A stretch of 64,000 nucleotides of DNA, taken from positions 1,550,001-1,614,000 of the forward strand of contig CM068779.1 in the NCBI GenBank assembly GCA_035084275.1. The letters run 5' to 3'. Each line of letters begins with the position of its first letter. Position 1 is the stretch's first letter. The position numbers and the translations under genes were made by a program. The notes beneath the pieces are model-generated. The model was not told the DNA's origin and did not search any database. It was given only the letters and a program-made list of their open reading frames with translations. Shown here one piece after another: positions 12,351-24,211 of this stretch. The stretch comes from Hydrolagus colliei. Lineage: Eukaryota.

Positions 12351-14544
12351 CTGTAAGAATAGGTGTGAAAAGGCTTGTGTGTAACTGATACTGCACCAGA
12401 GTACATTTGCTGATGTGTGTTATTCTGCTCTATTGCACAGAGTTTAGCAAACGTGCAACTGATATAGAAATCAACATTATTTCAAATTTGAAATGATCAA
12501 TTTATTTACTTGTTTTGAAGGAAATATTATCCTCTGGAAAAGCAATCCTCTGATCGACTTAACAGCCAGATTCCCACTTACTGCCAGGTAAACGGAGGCA
12601 TGGAGTAAATATAAAATGTAATATAAATGTAAATTATTGACAGACAAGAAGCCAATCTAGTAAAGAGTGATCTGTACTGGAGAGATAATTCCTCACTCTA
12701 CTTCACTTAGCTAGTCAGGAATCTTGGCGTCATGTTTGACTCTCAATTATCCTTTCTAACTCACATCCATGCCATGACCTGCTCTGCCTTCCCCCACCTC
12801 ACAACACTCTCTGCCACTGCCTCACTCCTCATGCTGCTGAAACCCTCCTTCCCTCATTACCTCATTCCCTCTCTCCTTCCCTCCCTCCCTCTCATTCTCT
12901 GTCTCTCCCTCCTTCACGTACAAAACACACAGTCGCCACACTTTACAGTCCATCCCTGAAGCGCTTTGAGAGTCTTGTCGAGGGTGTGCTAAGGCACCAT
13001 GTCAAATGTAAGGATTATTATGACTATTATTATCTACCCTTTGAGTTCAGAAGGTTGAGGATCGATCTATAATGGGAATGGGTGGGGTAGCTACAGAGAA
13101 ACTATTTCCTTATTCATTATCATCTTGAAATAAGGAGTCCTGTAGTCCAGGGAATGGAATTTGATTCCTGGGCTGCACAGGACAGGGTGAAACCTTAGGT
13201 AAATTTCCTTAGTCTGCACAGACACACACATACAGACACACACACACACAAGCCTCTGTTTACCCAGCAGTAAGTAGGAATCTGGTTGTTAGTCGATTGG
13301 CGGATTGCTTTCTGGGGGGTAACTCAATGCACAATTGTTTTGTGGGACGTGACCGTCCGCAGTTGTCTGCCGTGATTTGCCCTCAAAACACACACGGTCA
13401 CTTCACCACTACACTTTACGCCAGATAATAATCGCTCAAAATAAAACAATAATAAATTGGGTATTTTAACCCACAACTGTTTGTGGGACGCTGCTGTGTG
13501 CAATTGGCTGCCGCAATTCGCCCACAAGTATACGGTCAATTCACTTTACAGTATATTCTGTGAAGCGCTTTGAGAAGTCTCTCCTTTCCTACTCTCCTGC
13601 TCCCTGCCCCTACCCCTACCCATCCCCCCTGCTCGGGTCCCAACCTGACTGTTCAGCGCCTTGGGACGTCCTCCCGACGTGAAAGGCGCTCTATAAATTT
13701 AATTTTGTTGTTGTTGTATTCACATGTTAATCACATGTTCTACCTTCCCATACACCCCGCCCCCCACCCAACATCACCATCTACTCGTGTCCAATCTCTG
13801 ACCATCCAGTGCCTTGAGATTTCCTCCTGATGTGAAATGCATTGTGTAAATATAATTTTGTATAAGGTAGAACAGAAGGCAGATCTCTCTAGTCGACAAC
13901 AACAAAGTTACACTTGTATAGCACATTACAGTCAGGAGGACGTCCCAAGGCGCTGGACAGTCATTGTTTCAGATCCGAGCTGGGGTCGGGAACGGGGAGG
14001 GTGGAGGGAAGGGTGGGTAATTGGGATGACGGATGGGACCATTGGAGAGGAGGGTCTGAAGCCGGGATTTGAAGGATGCCAGGGTGGGGCCGAGGTGGAG
14101 GGATTGCGGGATAGAGTTCCAGAGTGGCTGGACGGGCGGGTCGGGCGGGAGATATGGAGCAGCCTGGAGCCAGCTGAGCGGAGGAGTTGGGCAGATTGGT
14201 AGGGGGTTAAGAGGTCACAGGGATAGGGTGAGGGCTTTGAATGTGAAGAAGCGGGTTAGGACTTGGTCACAGAGATTGGAGTGACAGGATGGTGACCTGA
14301 TCACAGGTGGTTTATCTCAAACAGAGCAAAGGTGAACCTTAACACACAGAGAGAACAGTGGTGTGTGTTGGGGTTGAGCAGAGATGCTGTTTGTTTGGGG
14401 AAATGGATGTTGACTTCAATCAATAGACACTTTTGTGACAAAATACAGAATTTCCAGATGTGAGTCTTGGCTTTGACAGACTCGAGTAATTAAACATCAC
14501 TTTCTCTCTTCAGTGAGTTGTGGTTCAACATTTCTCCAACATAC

Positions 14545-14587
14545 CTATCAAGCTGCTGTAGTCTGGTGAAGATGGTTGTCGTAATTC
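14545..14587 (-). CDS. Cytoplasmic exon C3 (ELRQPSSPDYSSLI), second part of ITAM
   Basis: tctcttcactttaacag acceptor, ag|gtatgt donor, phase 0-1. Confidence 0.8.
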
Positions 14588-15502
14588 CTGTTAAAGTGAA
14601 GAGAGAACTTGTTTAGTTGCCTTTTCTTTCTAAAAACATAGACAATTAGGCACATCAGGCTTTTGCTAGTAATCACACCCCTACTAACCCCAACACTGAA
14701 ACCACTTCACCTAATTCTATTACTTCCCAATACATCCCAATACCAATTTCATGCTGCTTGCTTCATTTGTGTCTGTGGAAAAATGTGTGGTACAGACATG
14801 GAATCCTGTAGCTCAGTGATTAGAGCGCTCGCCTTACAAGCGAGAGGACCTGGTTTTGGTCAAAGCAGGACCAAACATTGGGCAAGTTTCCTTACTCCAC
14901 ACGCCTCTGTTTACCCAGCAGTAACCTGGTACAGTAAAAGCTTGTTTCTCCGGCATCCTCGGGACCTGCCCAGTGCTGGTTAATTAAATATGCCGGACAT
15001 TCGAGCGGCAAGTTGCTGAGAATCCTACACAAAAAATTAACTCATTTTAAAACATACCATATTAATAATAGACTGAACTAATAACAGGATATTGTATGGG
15101 TACTTACCAATAAAGCATTCTAGCACACTCGGTAAAATGATCGGTAAAATAAAAACTCCAGCTTTCGTTAAGTTTAATAATTGCGCATGCGTACGCATTG
15201 CACGCATGCGCAAAGTGAGCATACCGCGAGTGTCCCGGATGGCTCCGGTATGAGATACGTTTGCTGGAATGGTGAATTGCATTGGGAGGTACCGGTTGGG
15301 GTTGAGTTGGTTGGGTGACTCTATATTTTGTGGGTGAAACGTAACAGCCATTTGTGCACAGCTGTGTCCCACAGATAGTCATGGCCTGTGTGACCCAATG
15401 TGTATTCATAATAATTTTCAAATTAGCCCTTCACTTTCTGGCTGTAGGTGGGACATTGCTTATTTATTATTATGTCCCAATGAATGAATTAAACCGTCTC
15501 AC

Positions 15503-15535
15503 CTCATATTGATTTTCGTCGCCATTATTCTGTAA
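15503..15535 (-). CDS. Cytoplasmic exon C2 (LQNNGDENQYE), first part of ITAM
   Basis: catgtag acceptor (in-frame alternative 6 nt downstream), gag|gtgaga donor, phase 0-0. Confidence 0.78.
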
Positions 15536-16363
15536 CTACATGAGATATAAAGAAATGTTAAGTTTTTAGAACATAATTATTTTAAGGCAGTTGATTATCC
15601 AGTGAATAGTTTGAGTCAGTTAGTGAGCTTCGGTAGAGCTGTTCACATCATGCCAGAAAGAGTGAGATGGAATCATACAACAACTTGCTCTTATATAGCG
15701 CCCTCCACGCTGAGTAGTGTCCCAGAACACTTAACTGGAGTACAGCCTGACCCCGAGCAGGGGGAAGGCGCGGAGGATATGGGGAGCACCACCACGGTTG
15801 AAGAGGAAGGTTTTCAGCCAGGACTTCAAATGTGGGAGAGAGGGAGCAAGGCGGATTGAGGGGGAGAGTGTTCAAGAGTCTTGGGGCGTAATGGTGGGAA
15901 GCATGACCTCCGCTGGTGAGGTGGAGGGTGAAGGATTAGCGGACGAGCAGGAGCTGGTGCCAGTCGAGTAGCACCAGGTATGGGATTGGGGAGTGAGAAG
16001 CTCGGAGAGATCGATAGGTGCTGTTCGGTGATGAGGAGCCAGTGGAGTCAGAATTGGTGAGATGTGGGAACACAATTTAGTCTGGGTTAGTAGTTGGGCG
16101 GCAAAGTTCTGAATGAGCTGGATCTTGTGGAGCTGGGGAGACTGGTGAGGAGTGTGTTTAGAGAGATATGCATAAGGCTTTTGGCTGCATTTGGGCTAAG
16201 GTACAATGGGGCGGAGGTGGAAGAAGATGGTCCTGGTCAGAGACCGAATGTGTGGGAGGAAGGACAACTTCTGGGGACAGCTTCTGGGGTCAAACCAGAT
16301 GCCTAGATTGCCCATATCTTCTTAATCATGGTACCAACACATTGTTTTGGCAACTATCCTGAC

Positions 16364-16419
16364 CTTTGCTGAGGCATTCTGGTAGATATTGAGTCCATCA
16401 TTGGGTGTTGAAGAGATTC
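16364..16419 (-). CDS. Cytoplasmic exon C1 (GISSTPNDGLNIYQNASAK)
   Basis: cattctctcagcag NAGNAG acceptor, aag|gtcagg donor, 56 nt phase 1-0. Confidence 0.72.
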
Positions 16420-17169
16420 CTGCTGAGAGAATGACACCATTATCTAATATAGTCTCTCATTACTGGTTCATATATTTTTTATAACTGATAATATCAATTG
16501 AAATTGCCTGTCCATGTCGAGGACTTTCTTCCTTCAATGTGAAGCGGAAATCCAATACCTTGATCACATAGATCCGTATGGACAGAGATCTTGTTTGTGC
16601 GACTGACACTGTGAGCACTTAGAATAATTCTTGCATTTAATAAAGCAATGATCCTTGCATTTGATATAATATGATATAATATGTTGTGAAGTAAGGAAAC
16701 TTACCCAACATTTTTCCCTGCTGGGAATTGAACCCAGGTTCTCTTGCTTGCGAGTTGAGTGCCCTAACCATTGAACTATAGGAATTCTACCTGTTATGCA
16801 GGAACCCATTAAACCAACTGTACTCAAAAAATGATGGGTATTGGTCAGATATATATATATATACACATTCACTCAGGGTAGTGTCCCAGAGCGCTTGACA
16901 GTGACGGAGTCCGACGATGAGCCAGGGAGTGGGAGTTAAGGGGATGTGGGACAAACAGGAGGCCGGAGCCAGCTGAGTGGAGGGAGAAGGTGGTGGAGTC
17001 AGAGATCGGTAGGGAGGTGCGAGTGCATGAAGGGATTTGAGACGAGTGAGAGATTATTTAAGTTGATCTCTACAGCACTTGTTGTATCAAATATTATATT
17101 TTCTATACCAAATAAGTATAGATTTTTTTAAATGAAACAGTTTCACAATACTGGCTGGGGCCAGTGATG

Positions 17170-17890
17170 TGCAAAGGGAATTGAGGGAAAGTCTGGCTGG
17201 AGACATGGTGAAAGAGGTATATTTTATCACTTCTAGGCTCGACTTCAGGAACTCTCTCCTCGTCGGTCTCCCCAGCTCCTCCCTTCACAGGCTGCAGATC
17301 ATTCAGAACTCTGCAGCTTATGTACTTTCCTATACCACATCACTCCCACCCTCGCCCATCTCCACTGGCTCCCCGTCACCCAGAGGATCGAATTCAAGAT
17401 CCTTGTCCATACTTTCAAGGCCATTCACGGCCTTGTCCCCACCTATATCTCTGACCTCCTGTCTCCCTATCAGCCCTGCCCGCCCCCTCCATTCAGCAGG
17501 CTCAGGCCTGCTCTACGTCCACCGCCCTAACCGCCCAACCATCAGCGGCCAGGCTTTCAGCCTCTCTGCTCCCACACTGGAACTCCATCCCGCAGCCCCT
17601 CTGCCTCGCTTCCTCCCTTTCCTTTAAAGCGCTCTGAGACGCCGTCCGGCGTGGAGGGCGCTATATAAATCGTTGTTGTTGTTGTTTCCTCCTTCGAGGC
17701 CAGTCTCAAGACCTTCCTCTTCGACCGCGCCTTCGGCTCCCCCACTAACTCTTCCCCCTCTCCCACTCTCCTTCCCCTTCCCTCTACCCCAACCCACTCC
17801 TCCCCGCTCGGGTCCCGACCTGACTGTTCAGCGCTTTGAGACGTCCTCCCGACGTGAAAGGCGCTATATAAGTGCAATTTTGTTGTTGTT
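17170..17890 (+). mobile_element. L2 LINE 3' fragments (representative of >25 L2 remnants in the window)
   Basis: [16 protein letters not shown] RT C-terminus and tail cagcgc..gacgtcctcccgacgtgaaaggcgctatataa(ttg)n; others at ~9425-9850, 10380-10685, 24590-25210, 27515-28010, 36235-37030, 37370-37890, 44810-45590, 53290-53870. Confidence 0.9.
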
Positions 17891-18548
17891 ATTTTGAGCT
17901 GGTGATCTGGATTGAGAGGAGGAGAGGGCGTAAGTGAGTGGGACCTGGGAGTGCAGTACCAGAGAACAGTTACCAAGTGGCTGAAAGCCGACTCGGTGAT
18001 TTGAGATATTTAAAAAGATGAAATAATCTACAGAATAATAAGATCATTGTGGAGTCCTGTAGCTCAGTGGTTAGAGACCTGGGTTCGATTCCCAGCAGGT
18101 CAGGGTGAAATCTTGGGCAAATTTCCTTACTCCTCACACCTGATAATAATCCCTCAAGAAACAAAACAATAATAAATTGGTAATTTCAATTCACGAGTGT
18201 TTGTGGGACACTATTGCAATTATCTGCCGGGTTTCATCCACAAATGTACCGTTAATTCACTTTACAGTGTGAAGCACTTTGAGACGTCTCAAAGACAGGA
18301 TAAGTAATGCAGGGATTATTATTAATTACTTGATATTTAATACTGGTTTCATATATTAGCTTTGGATATTGTCAATGAGGCATTTTATGAGGTAAAGCTG
18401 GATCTATGCTCCGCAAACTCTGTCCTGATCTCCATCCTTCGTGAGGCGCTGTACCAAATGTAAGAATTTATTATATGATTATTATGGATAACACAGTCAA
18501 TATATTATTATTGTTTCACCCCAAATAAAAATGATATACAATAGTTAC

Positions 18549-18680
18549 CGGGATCTCTTGCAGAATACCAACACTTTGCGTAGACGCCAACAGCAATGAG
18601 GAGAATGAGGGTCACAAACAATATAACACCTAGACTGATTGCTGCAATGGTCCCTGTCTGATCCTGAGGTGAAGTAAATT
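18549..18680 (-). CDS. Transmembrane exon (EFTSPQDQTGTIAAISLGVILFVTLILLIAVGVYAKCWYSARDP)
   Basis: tttttcctctccag acceptor, g|gtaact donor, 132 nt phase 1-1, ~23-aa hydrophobic span. Confidence 0.9.
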
Positions 18681-19015
18681 CTGGAGAGGAAAAATTAAAA
18701 TAGATAATAATGCACATTAACATTCATATACTGTAATATCCTTGCAAGGATTATCATAGTAATCCTTGCATTTGCTGTAGCATCTCAATTTATCTTCAAG
18801 TCATCTCAAAGGGCTTCACAGGATAAACTGTAAATTTGAAGGCGAGTCAGAGGATCTTTAAAGTCAATCCGTTCAGTGATAGGGAGCCAGTGGAGCCTGG
18901 CGAGGGTTGGGGTGATGGGTGTACAAAGTTTAGTGTGTGATGGGGAGCCTGGCGAGGGCTGGTATGGAGTATGGGTGAGTATGTATGTATAAATCACAGC
19001 TGTTATTGTCTTCAC

Positions 19016-19273
19016 CTGTCACACTGAAGTCCACACTGGTGTTGATGAATTTGCCAGTCACTTTGTTGTGAGCCAAACATATGTATTTCCCACTCTGGTT
19101 CCAATTAATGTTAGCGATAGTATGCGCAGGTCCTGTGTCTAACACAGTGTTCCCTCTGCACCATTTATACTCCGCAGCAGGGCTGGATGCCACAGAACAA
19201 TACAGGATAATAGTTTGCCCCAAGAAAGCTGTCACTGGGCTAGGGGGCATAATGATGGAATTTTCTGGTCCAT
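19016..19273 (-). CDS. CEACAM-type IgC2 B domain exon (B2)
   Basis: YGPENSIIMPPS...LYCSVASSPAAEYKW...GKYICLAHN; 258 nt phase 1-1. Confidence 0.92.
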
Positions 19274-19646
19274 CTGTGTAGGACATAAGAAGAGAGAAGC
19301 GGATTATTGACAACTTTAAACATCAACGTTTAAAATAAATGATCCAAATGTTTTATTAAATAGTAATCCTTATATTTGATATAGTGCCTGATCATGTCTT
19401 CAAGATGTCTCAAAGTGCTTCACACAATAAACTGAAGGTGCATCGACTGTTTTGTTGGAAAAATGCGGCAGCCAATTGCACACTGCAGTGTCCCACACAC
19501 AATTGTGGATTGAAGTGCCTCATGTACTATTATTTCTATTGTTGCCCTGGGCAAAGCGATCCGCCCATCGACCAACCACTGGGAACCTACTTACTGGTAG
19601 GTAAACAGAGGCATGTGGGATATTGAAACTTGCCAAATTGATGTGG

Positions 19647-19920
19647 AGTCCTGTAGTTCAGCGGTTAGTGACTCACTTCGCAAGCAATAGGACCTGGGTT
19701 CAATTCCCAACTAGAGCAAAACCTTAGACAGGTTTCCTTACTGCACGTACACACCATGGACATGCAGTCAGCGTAGGCAGGGTAGGCAGTGCCTACTTGT
19801 GAAAATATTTACTCGCCCACAAATATATACAGTCAATTCACTTTACAGTATATTGTGTGAAGCGCTTTGGGATGTCAATAAGATGTGAAAAGCGCTATAT
19901 CAAATGCAAGGATTATTATT
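19647..19920 (+). mobile_element. tRNA-derived SINE with Deu-like core and L2-type tail (abundant young family)
   Basis: A-box tagttcagcggttag, B-box gggttcaattcc, tail agcgcttt..aaagcgctatatcaaatgcaagg(att)n; other copies 18052-18320, 28862-29155(-), 32718-33040, 54030-54310. Confidence 0.85.
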
Positions 19921-19942
19921 ACACACAGCCGTTTGTACTTAC

Positions 19943-20218
19943 AGACAACCTCGATGTTGAATGTGGATGTCTCATTGCTGACAGGGTTTTGAACCAAACA
20001 GCGGTAATCCCCAGAGTCCTTTCTGTTCACCAGCGTTATGGTCAAGGTATCATTGTTGGGAGATACGAGAATCCGCCCGTTGCTCTCGAGAGCTTGGTTA
20101 TCTTTGTACCACACTCGGGAGTAAATGAGGCCAGAGGCGTCACAAGTCAGGGACACACTCTCAGTACCTTCCATTGGGTTTGAAGAGTTGCCCAGAACTC
20201 TGATATTGGAGATTTGTT
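19943..20218 (-). CDS. CEACAM-type IgC2 A domain exon (A2)
   Basis: EQISNIRVLGNSSNPMEGTESVSLTC...W.KDN...NDTLTI..VNRKDSGDYRCLVQNPVS; 276 nt phase 1-1. Confidence 0.92.
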
Positions 20219-20757
20219 CTGCAAATAAGTAAAAAGAAAAGGCAAGTCTTTTGCGGAACTCCTCAGGAGTAGTGGTTAGATCACTCGCCTCTCAAGCCAG
20301 AGGACCTGGGTTTGATTCCCAGGCATATTCACCCACAAATATACAGTCAATTCACTTTCCAGTTTATTCCATGCACAAAAATTGCGTAGCTTGCCGTTGA
20401 CCCTTCTTGCTGCTTGTCAAGCTAGGACCCCCCTATCCCGATAGTTAGGGCAAGAATAACAACAACCAACAAAATTAGATTTGTATAGCGCCTTTCATGT
20501 CACGAGGACGTCGCAAGACCTGAGCTGGGGATTGTGTGAGGGTAAGGGTGGAGGACAGCGGGGATGAACTGAATGGAATTAATCCTTGCCCACAGTGACT
20601 GGTCTACCCTTCCAGGACGAGCTGATGAGCCAGACTGGGCTGTACTGTCAAATAAAGAAGTGAAAATGACATTAAAAGAATTACTATTTGATACATTATT
20701 ATCATGACTTACCGAAAGATAAGGTCTAGATTGTACCTAGTTAGTATCATCACTTAC

Positions 20758-21021
20758 CTATAACTTGGATTTCACTGGTCGCCTCATTATACATTAGTGT
20801 TATATTGTTATATGCCTGACAAGTGTAATTTCCAGCGTTGATCATAGAAATATTACTGATGGTAATTTGTGAATAGGGTTGTTGAAGAGAGGAACTATTG
20901 AAAAACCACTGAAATTCAGAGACTGGATTGGAGACAGTGGAACACTTCAAATCAAAGCTTGCTCCCAAACCGTGAACTGTTCGATCTGGGACGATGGATA
21001 GAATGGGTATTTCTGGTCCAT
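20758..21021 (-). CDS. CEACAM-type IgC2 B domain exon (B1)
   Basis: YGPEIPILS...LKCSTVSNPVSEFQWFFN...NAGNYTCQAYN; 264 nt phase 1-1. Confidence 0.92.
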
Positions 21022-22059
21022 CTGGAACAAACAAAATAATAGTCTGTCTCACAAGTCTAGACCTAAAGGCTTAAGTAGAACATCAACACTTGTGTTGTGT
21101 CTGTCACACAAACTCTTAACAATGAGGAGCTCCCCTCAGTATCCTTAACCCCCATCACACCAGCTCTAGCCAGGCTCTATCACACACACTAAACTCTCTC
21201 CCACATCATCCCAGCCCCCGCCAGGCTCCACTGGCTCCCTATCACACAATAAACTCTGTACCCCATGACACCAGGCTCCCAATCACACACTAATCTCCAT
21301 ACCCCCATCAACCCAGCCCACACCAATCTCCACTGGCTCCCAATTTCTGAACGGATCGACTTCAGGATCGATCCTCTCTCGTTTTCAAATCACTGTGTGC
21401 CTGGTACCTCCCTACCTATCGAACTTGCTCAGCTCCCACTCCACCAACCGCTGCCTCCACTCAGCTGTCTCAGGCCCGTGTTCGTTCCCAGACTCTCCTC
21501 TCCACCATCGCTGGCCGTACCTTCAGACACTACACCCCCAAACTCTGGACTCTCGTCCCTCAATCCCTTTGCCTTGCCCCCTCCTTCTCCTCTGTTGTTA
21601 ACTGTCAGCTCAAATTCCTTGGGCAGGTAAGAGAGTGGAAGGTGAGCAGGTTGGGGGTGGTAGGGAGGTGTCTGGTCGTGAAGTGATTTGCCGGGGAGTG
21701 TGAGGAGCTTGGAAGCAGGAAGCAATTTTTCACACAAAAGGGGTTTAGTGGAACTTTCTCTCTCTTCCAAAAGACTGCGAGTTAGGGCTAGATCCAATTC
21801 ACAGACTCAAGAAGGAGGTGGATAGATGTTTGTTAGGTCAGGGTATCAAAGAATGTGGGGCAAAGGTGGCTAATTGGAGTTGAGATATATAGATCAGCCA
21901 TGATCTAATAGAATAGTGGGACAGGCTTGAGGGGCTGAATGGCCTCCTTCTCTATGTTTCTGTGAAACAATTTGTTCAGCACCAACGAAGCTTGGCAGGA
22001 CTTGGAGGTGATCGATGTGTGCTGTGTGATCCAGCTTTGGTGACACAGGAGGTAGAGTT

Positions 22060-22310
22060 TAGAATCAGGTGGACTTTGTGTAGGGGTAGTGAATGTATGG
22101 AATTCTTTACCCCAAAGGGATGTTATTGCTCAGTCCTTGAACATATTCAAGACTGAGTTAGATAGATTTCTCATTTATAAAGGGATTAAGGGGTATGGGG
22201 ATAAGGCAGGTAGCTGGAGTTAGAGTAGAACATCAGCCATGATTGAATGGCGGGGCAGGCTCGATGGGCTGAATGGCCTACTCCTGCTCCTACTTCTTAT
22301 GTTCTTATGT
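22060..22310 (+). mobile_element. CR1 3' fragment
   Basis: gatgggctgaatggcctactcctgctcctacttcttatgttcttatg tail; similar fragments ~530-680, 10010-10330, 11720-12080, 21790-21960. Confidence 0.8.
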
Positions 22311-22495
22311 TATGTGAAGCCAAGCGACTGGTGACGCGGGCATTGCAGAAATCAAGGCGGGAGGTGGTGCAGTGTGGAGAAGGGTTACACCAGCGAGGTG
22401 AGGTGTGTGGTGTGATTGCAAACATGGCTTTAACCATAGCCAAGCTTACCGCGATCACATTATATATAATTGAAGCTGCTCACAGTGATACTTAC

Positions 22496-22774
22496 AGTTC
22501 ACATTCAGAACAAATGGACTGCTTGTGCTGTCACTAACAGCGTTGAAGACATGGCAAGTGTACATCCCACTGTCAGACCTCAAAACTCCAACTAGGGTTA
22601 GTGTTTTGTTATCCAGACTTAAACTAATCCTGTCGTCGTAGATTATCGTTTTATTATCCTTAAACCACTCGTATACAGCATCCATTTGCAGTGCAGTGCA
22701 GGTCAGCAACACAGTGTCATTGTATTCAACCGGGGCAGGTTTACTGGAGACAATGGTAATGTTGGAAACAGTTT
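22496..22774 (-). CDS. CEACAM-type IgC2 A domain exon (A1)
   Basis: ETVSNITIVSSKPAPVEYNDTVLLTC...YEWFKDN...DNKTLTLVGVLRSDSGMYTCHVFNAVS...LNVN; 279 nt phase 1-1. Confidence 0.93.
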
Positions 22775-23781
22775 CTGTTAAAACACAGGAAAGTATTTGG
22801 ATTATGTATATTAAACAGCAGTTTGAAACTCAAGTCATCTGACGATACTTCTTATTTCACCCCATAATCCTGTCGATTCACTTTACAGTGTATTCCGTGA
22901 AGTGCTTTGAGACATTTGAGACGCGATAAAGGTACGATATCAAATGCGTAAATGTTATGTTACGTTTCTGGAAAGAAAACATATCTATTGCTTATGTGGC
23001 CCCCCACCCCCTTCCTCAATTGTGTAGCTCAGCGGATGGAGTCCTGTAGCTCTGTGGTTAGAGCACTCACCTCGCAAACAAGAGGACTCAGCGAAATGCT
23101 CTGACGCACTCCAGAATCGCTTGCGAATGCTCTAACTGCTGAGCTGTAGGACTCGATAGTAGAGCTGAACTGGGGCGAGAAGGTTAACGTGAAGGCAGCC
23201 ACAGGTGAAGTGGAAAGTCTTAAGGTGATGTGAAGGCGTAATGAGGCAAGGTGAAGCAGGCAGTGCCAGAGGTTCAGGGAGAGTGTGGGTGGAGGCATGA
23301 CCACCAATTGTAGAGAGGTGAGGTTGAGAGACGTTAAATAACTGAAGACTGGACGGAGGCAGCCAAGCGAAATGGGAAGGTAGAGGATTTGGGTGTAACC
23401 AGGTAATAAGGAAGTCAAATGAGATTATAATTAGCTAAGTCCTCGTCAGCCAGGATCCTTTCACGATTTTAAACTTAAATTTAAAACGTCCCGTTTGTTG
23501 GCCTTCTCAACACCTCCCTCCATAGGCTGCAGATCATCCAGATCTCTGCAGAACCATGTTCTCTCCCACACTAAGCACCGTGATCCCATCTCCCCCATTT
23601 TCACCTGACTCCATTGGCTCCCCATCACCCAGAGGATTCAATTCAAGATCCAGGTCCTCACCTTCAAAGCCCTCCATGGACTTGTCCTGCAAACTCCCAA
23701 CTACCGACCAACCTGACCGGGCTTTTAGCCTCTCTGCCCCACACTCTGGAACTCCATTCCACAGTTCCTATGCCTCGCTTC

Positions 23782-24018
23782 CAGCCAATTGCACCGACCT
23801 CAGTTGGAGGGTGGCGTCAGGTAATAATAATTTAATCCGCGGCGCATACTCAGCACTTGGTGTGACGACTGTCCGAACCCAAGTGACAATTTTTTTCCCA
23901 CTAAAACTCCACCTGCCTTCAGCTGCCACACCAGAGAGTCTGACTATGAAGTCGGCCGTGCCTCCAACAGGAACATTAATGGTATCCTGTGGTAGAGTGA
24001 CGGTGATTCCCGATGTAA
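23782..24018 (-). pseudogene. Truncated divergent IgV N exon (F/G strands and donor replaced by an L2 fragment)
   Basis: VTSGITVTLPQDTINVPVGGTADF...LQLRSVQLA then L2 sequence and TAG at 23768-23770; 23-nt branch/pyrimidine segment deleted before acceptor. Confidence 0.8.
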
Positions 24019-24159
24019 CTGGAGAGCGAGGCATCGGCCGAATACACATCTACACAGTCCGTCCCTCTCTCTGGTAGGTCGGCAAGTTTTCCCTGTATCT
24101 ATGCTTAAATCATCTTCAATAAACTCCCAACTGAGAACAGGTGAGAAAGTGAGACTCAC

Positions 24160-24211
24160 CCGCACATACACAGCAACAAAGGGCAACTACCCCGAGCAGT
24201 GCTGTCTGCAT
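24160..24211 (-). CDS. Signal-peptide exon of the ITAM-bearing gene
   Basis: MQTALLGVVALCCCVCA, intact gtgagt donor. Confidence 0.8.

Noticed and set aside
14932-15300. Pogo-like fragment with tgcgcatgcgt..acgcatgcgca palindrome
   Set aside because: Only a left TIR-like end is visible; no right TIR or TSD, so neither element boundaries nor regulatory role are supported.
18052-18110. tRNA genes
   Set aside because: A/B boxes are SINE heads followed by SINE body and tail; no complete acceptor stem.
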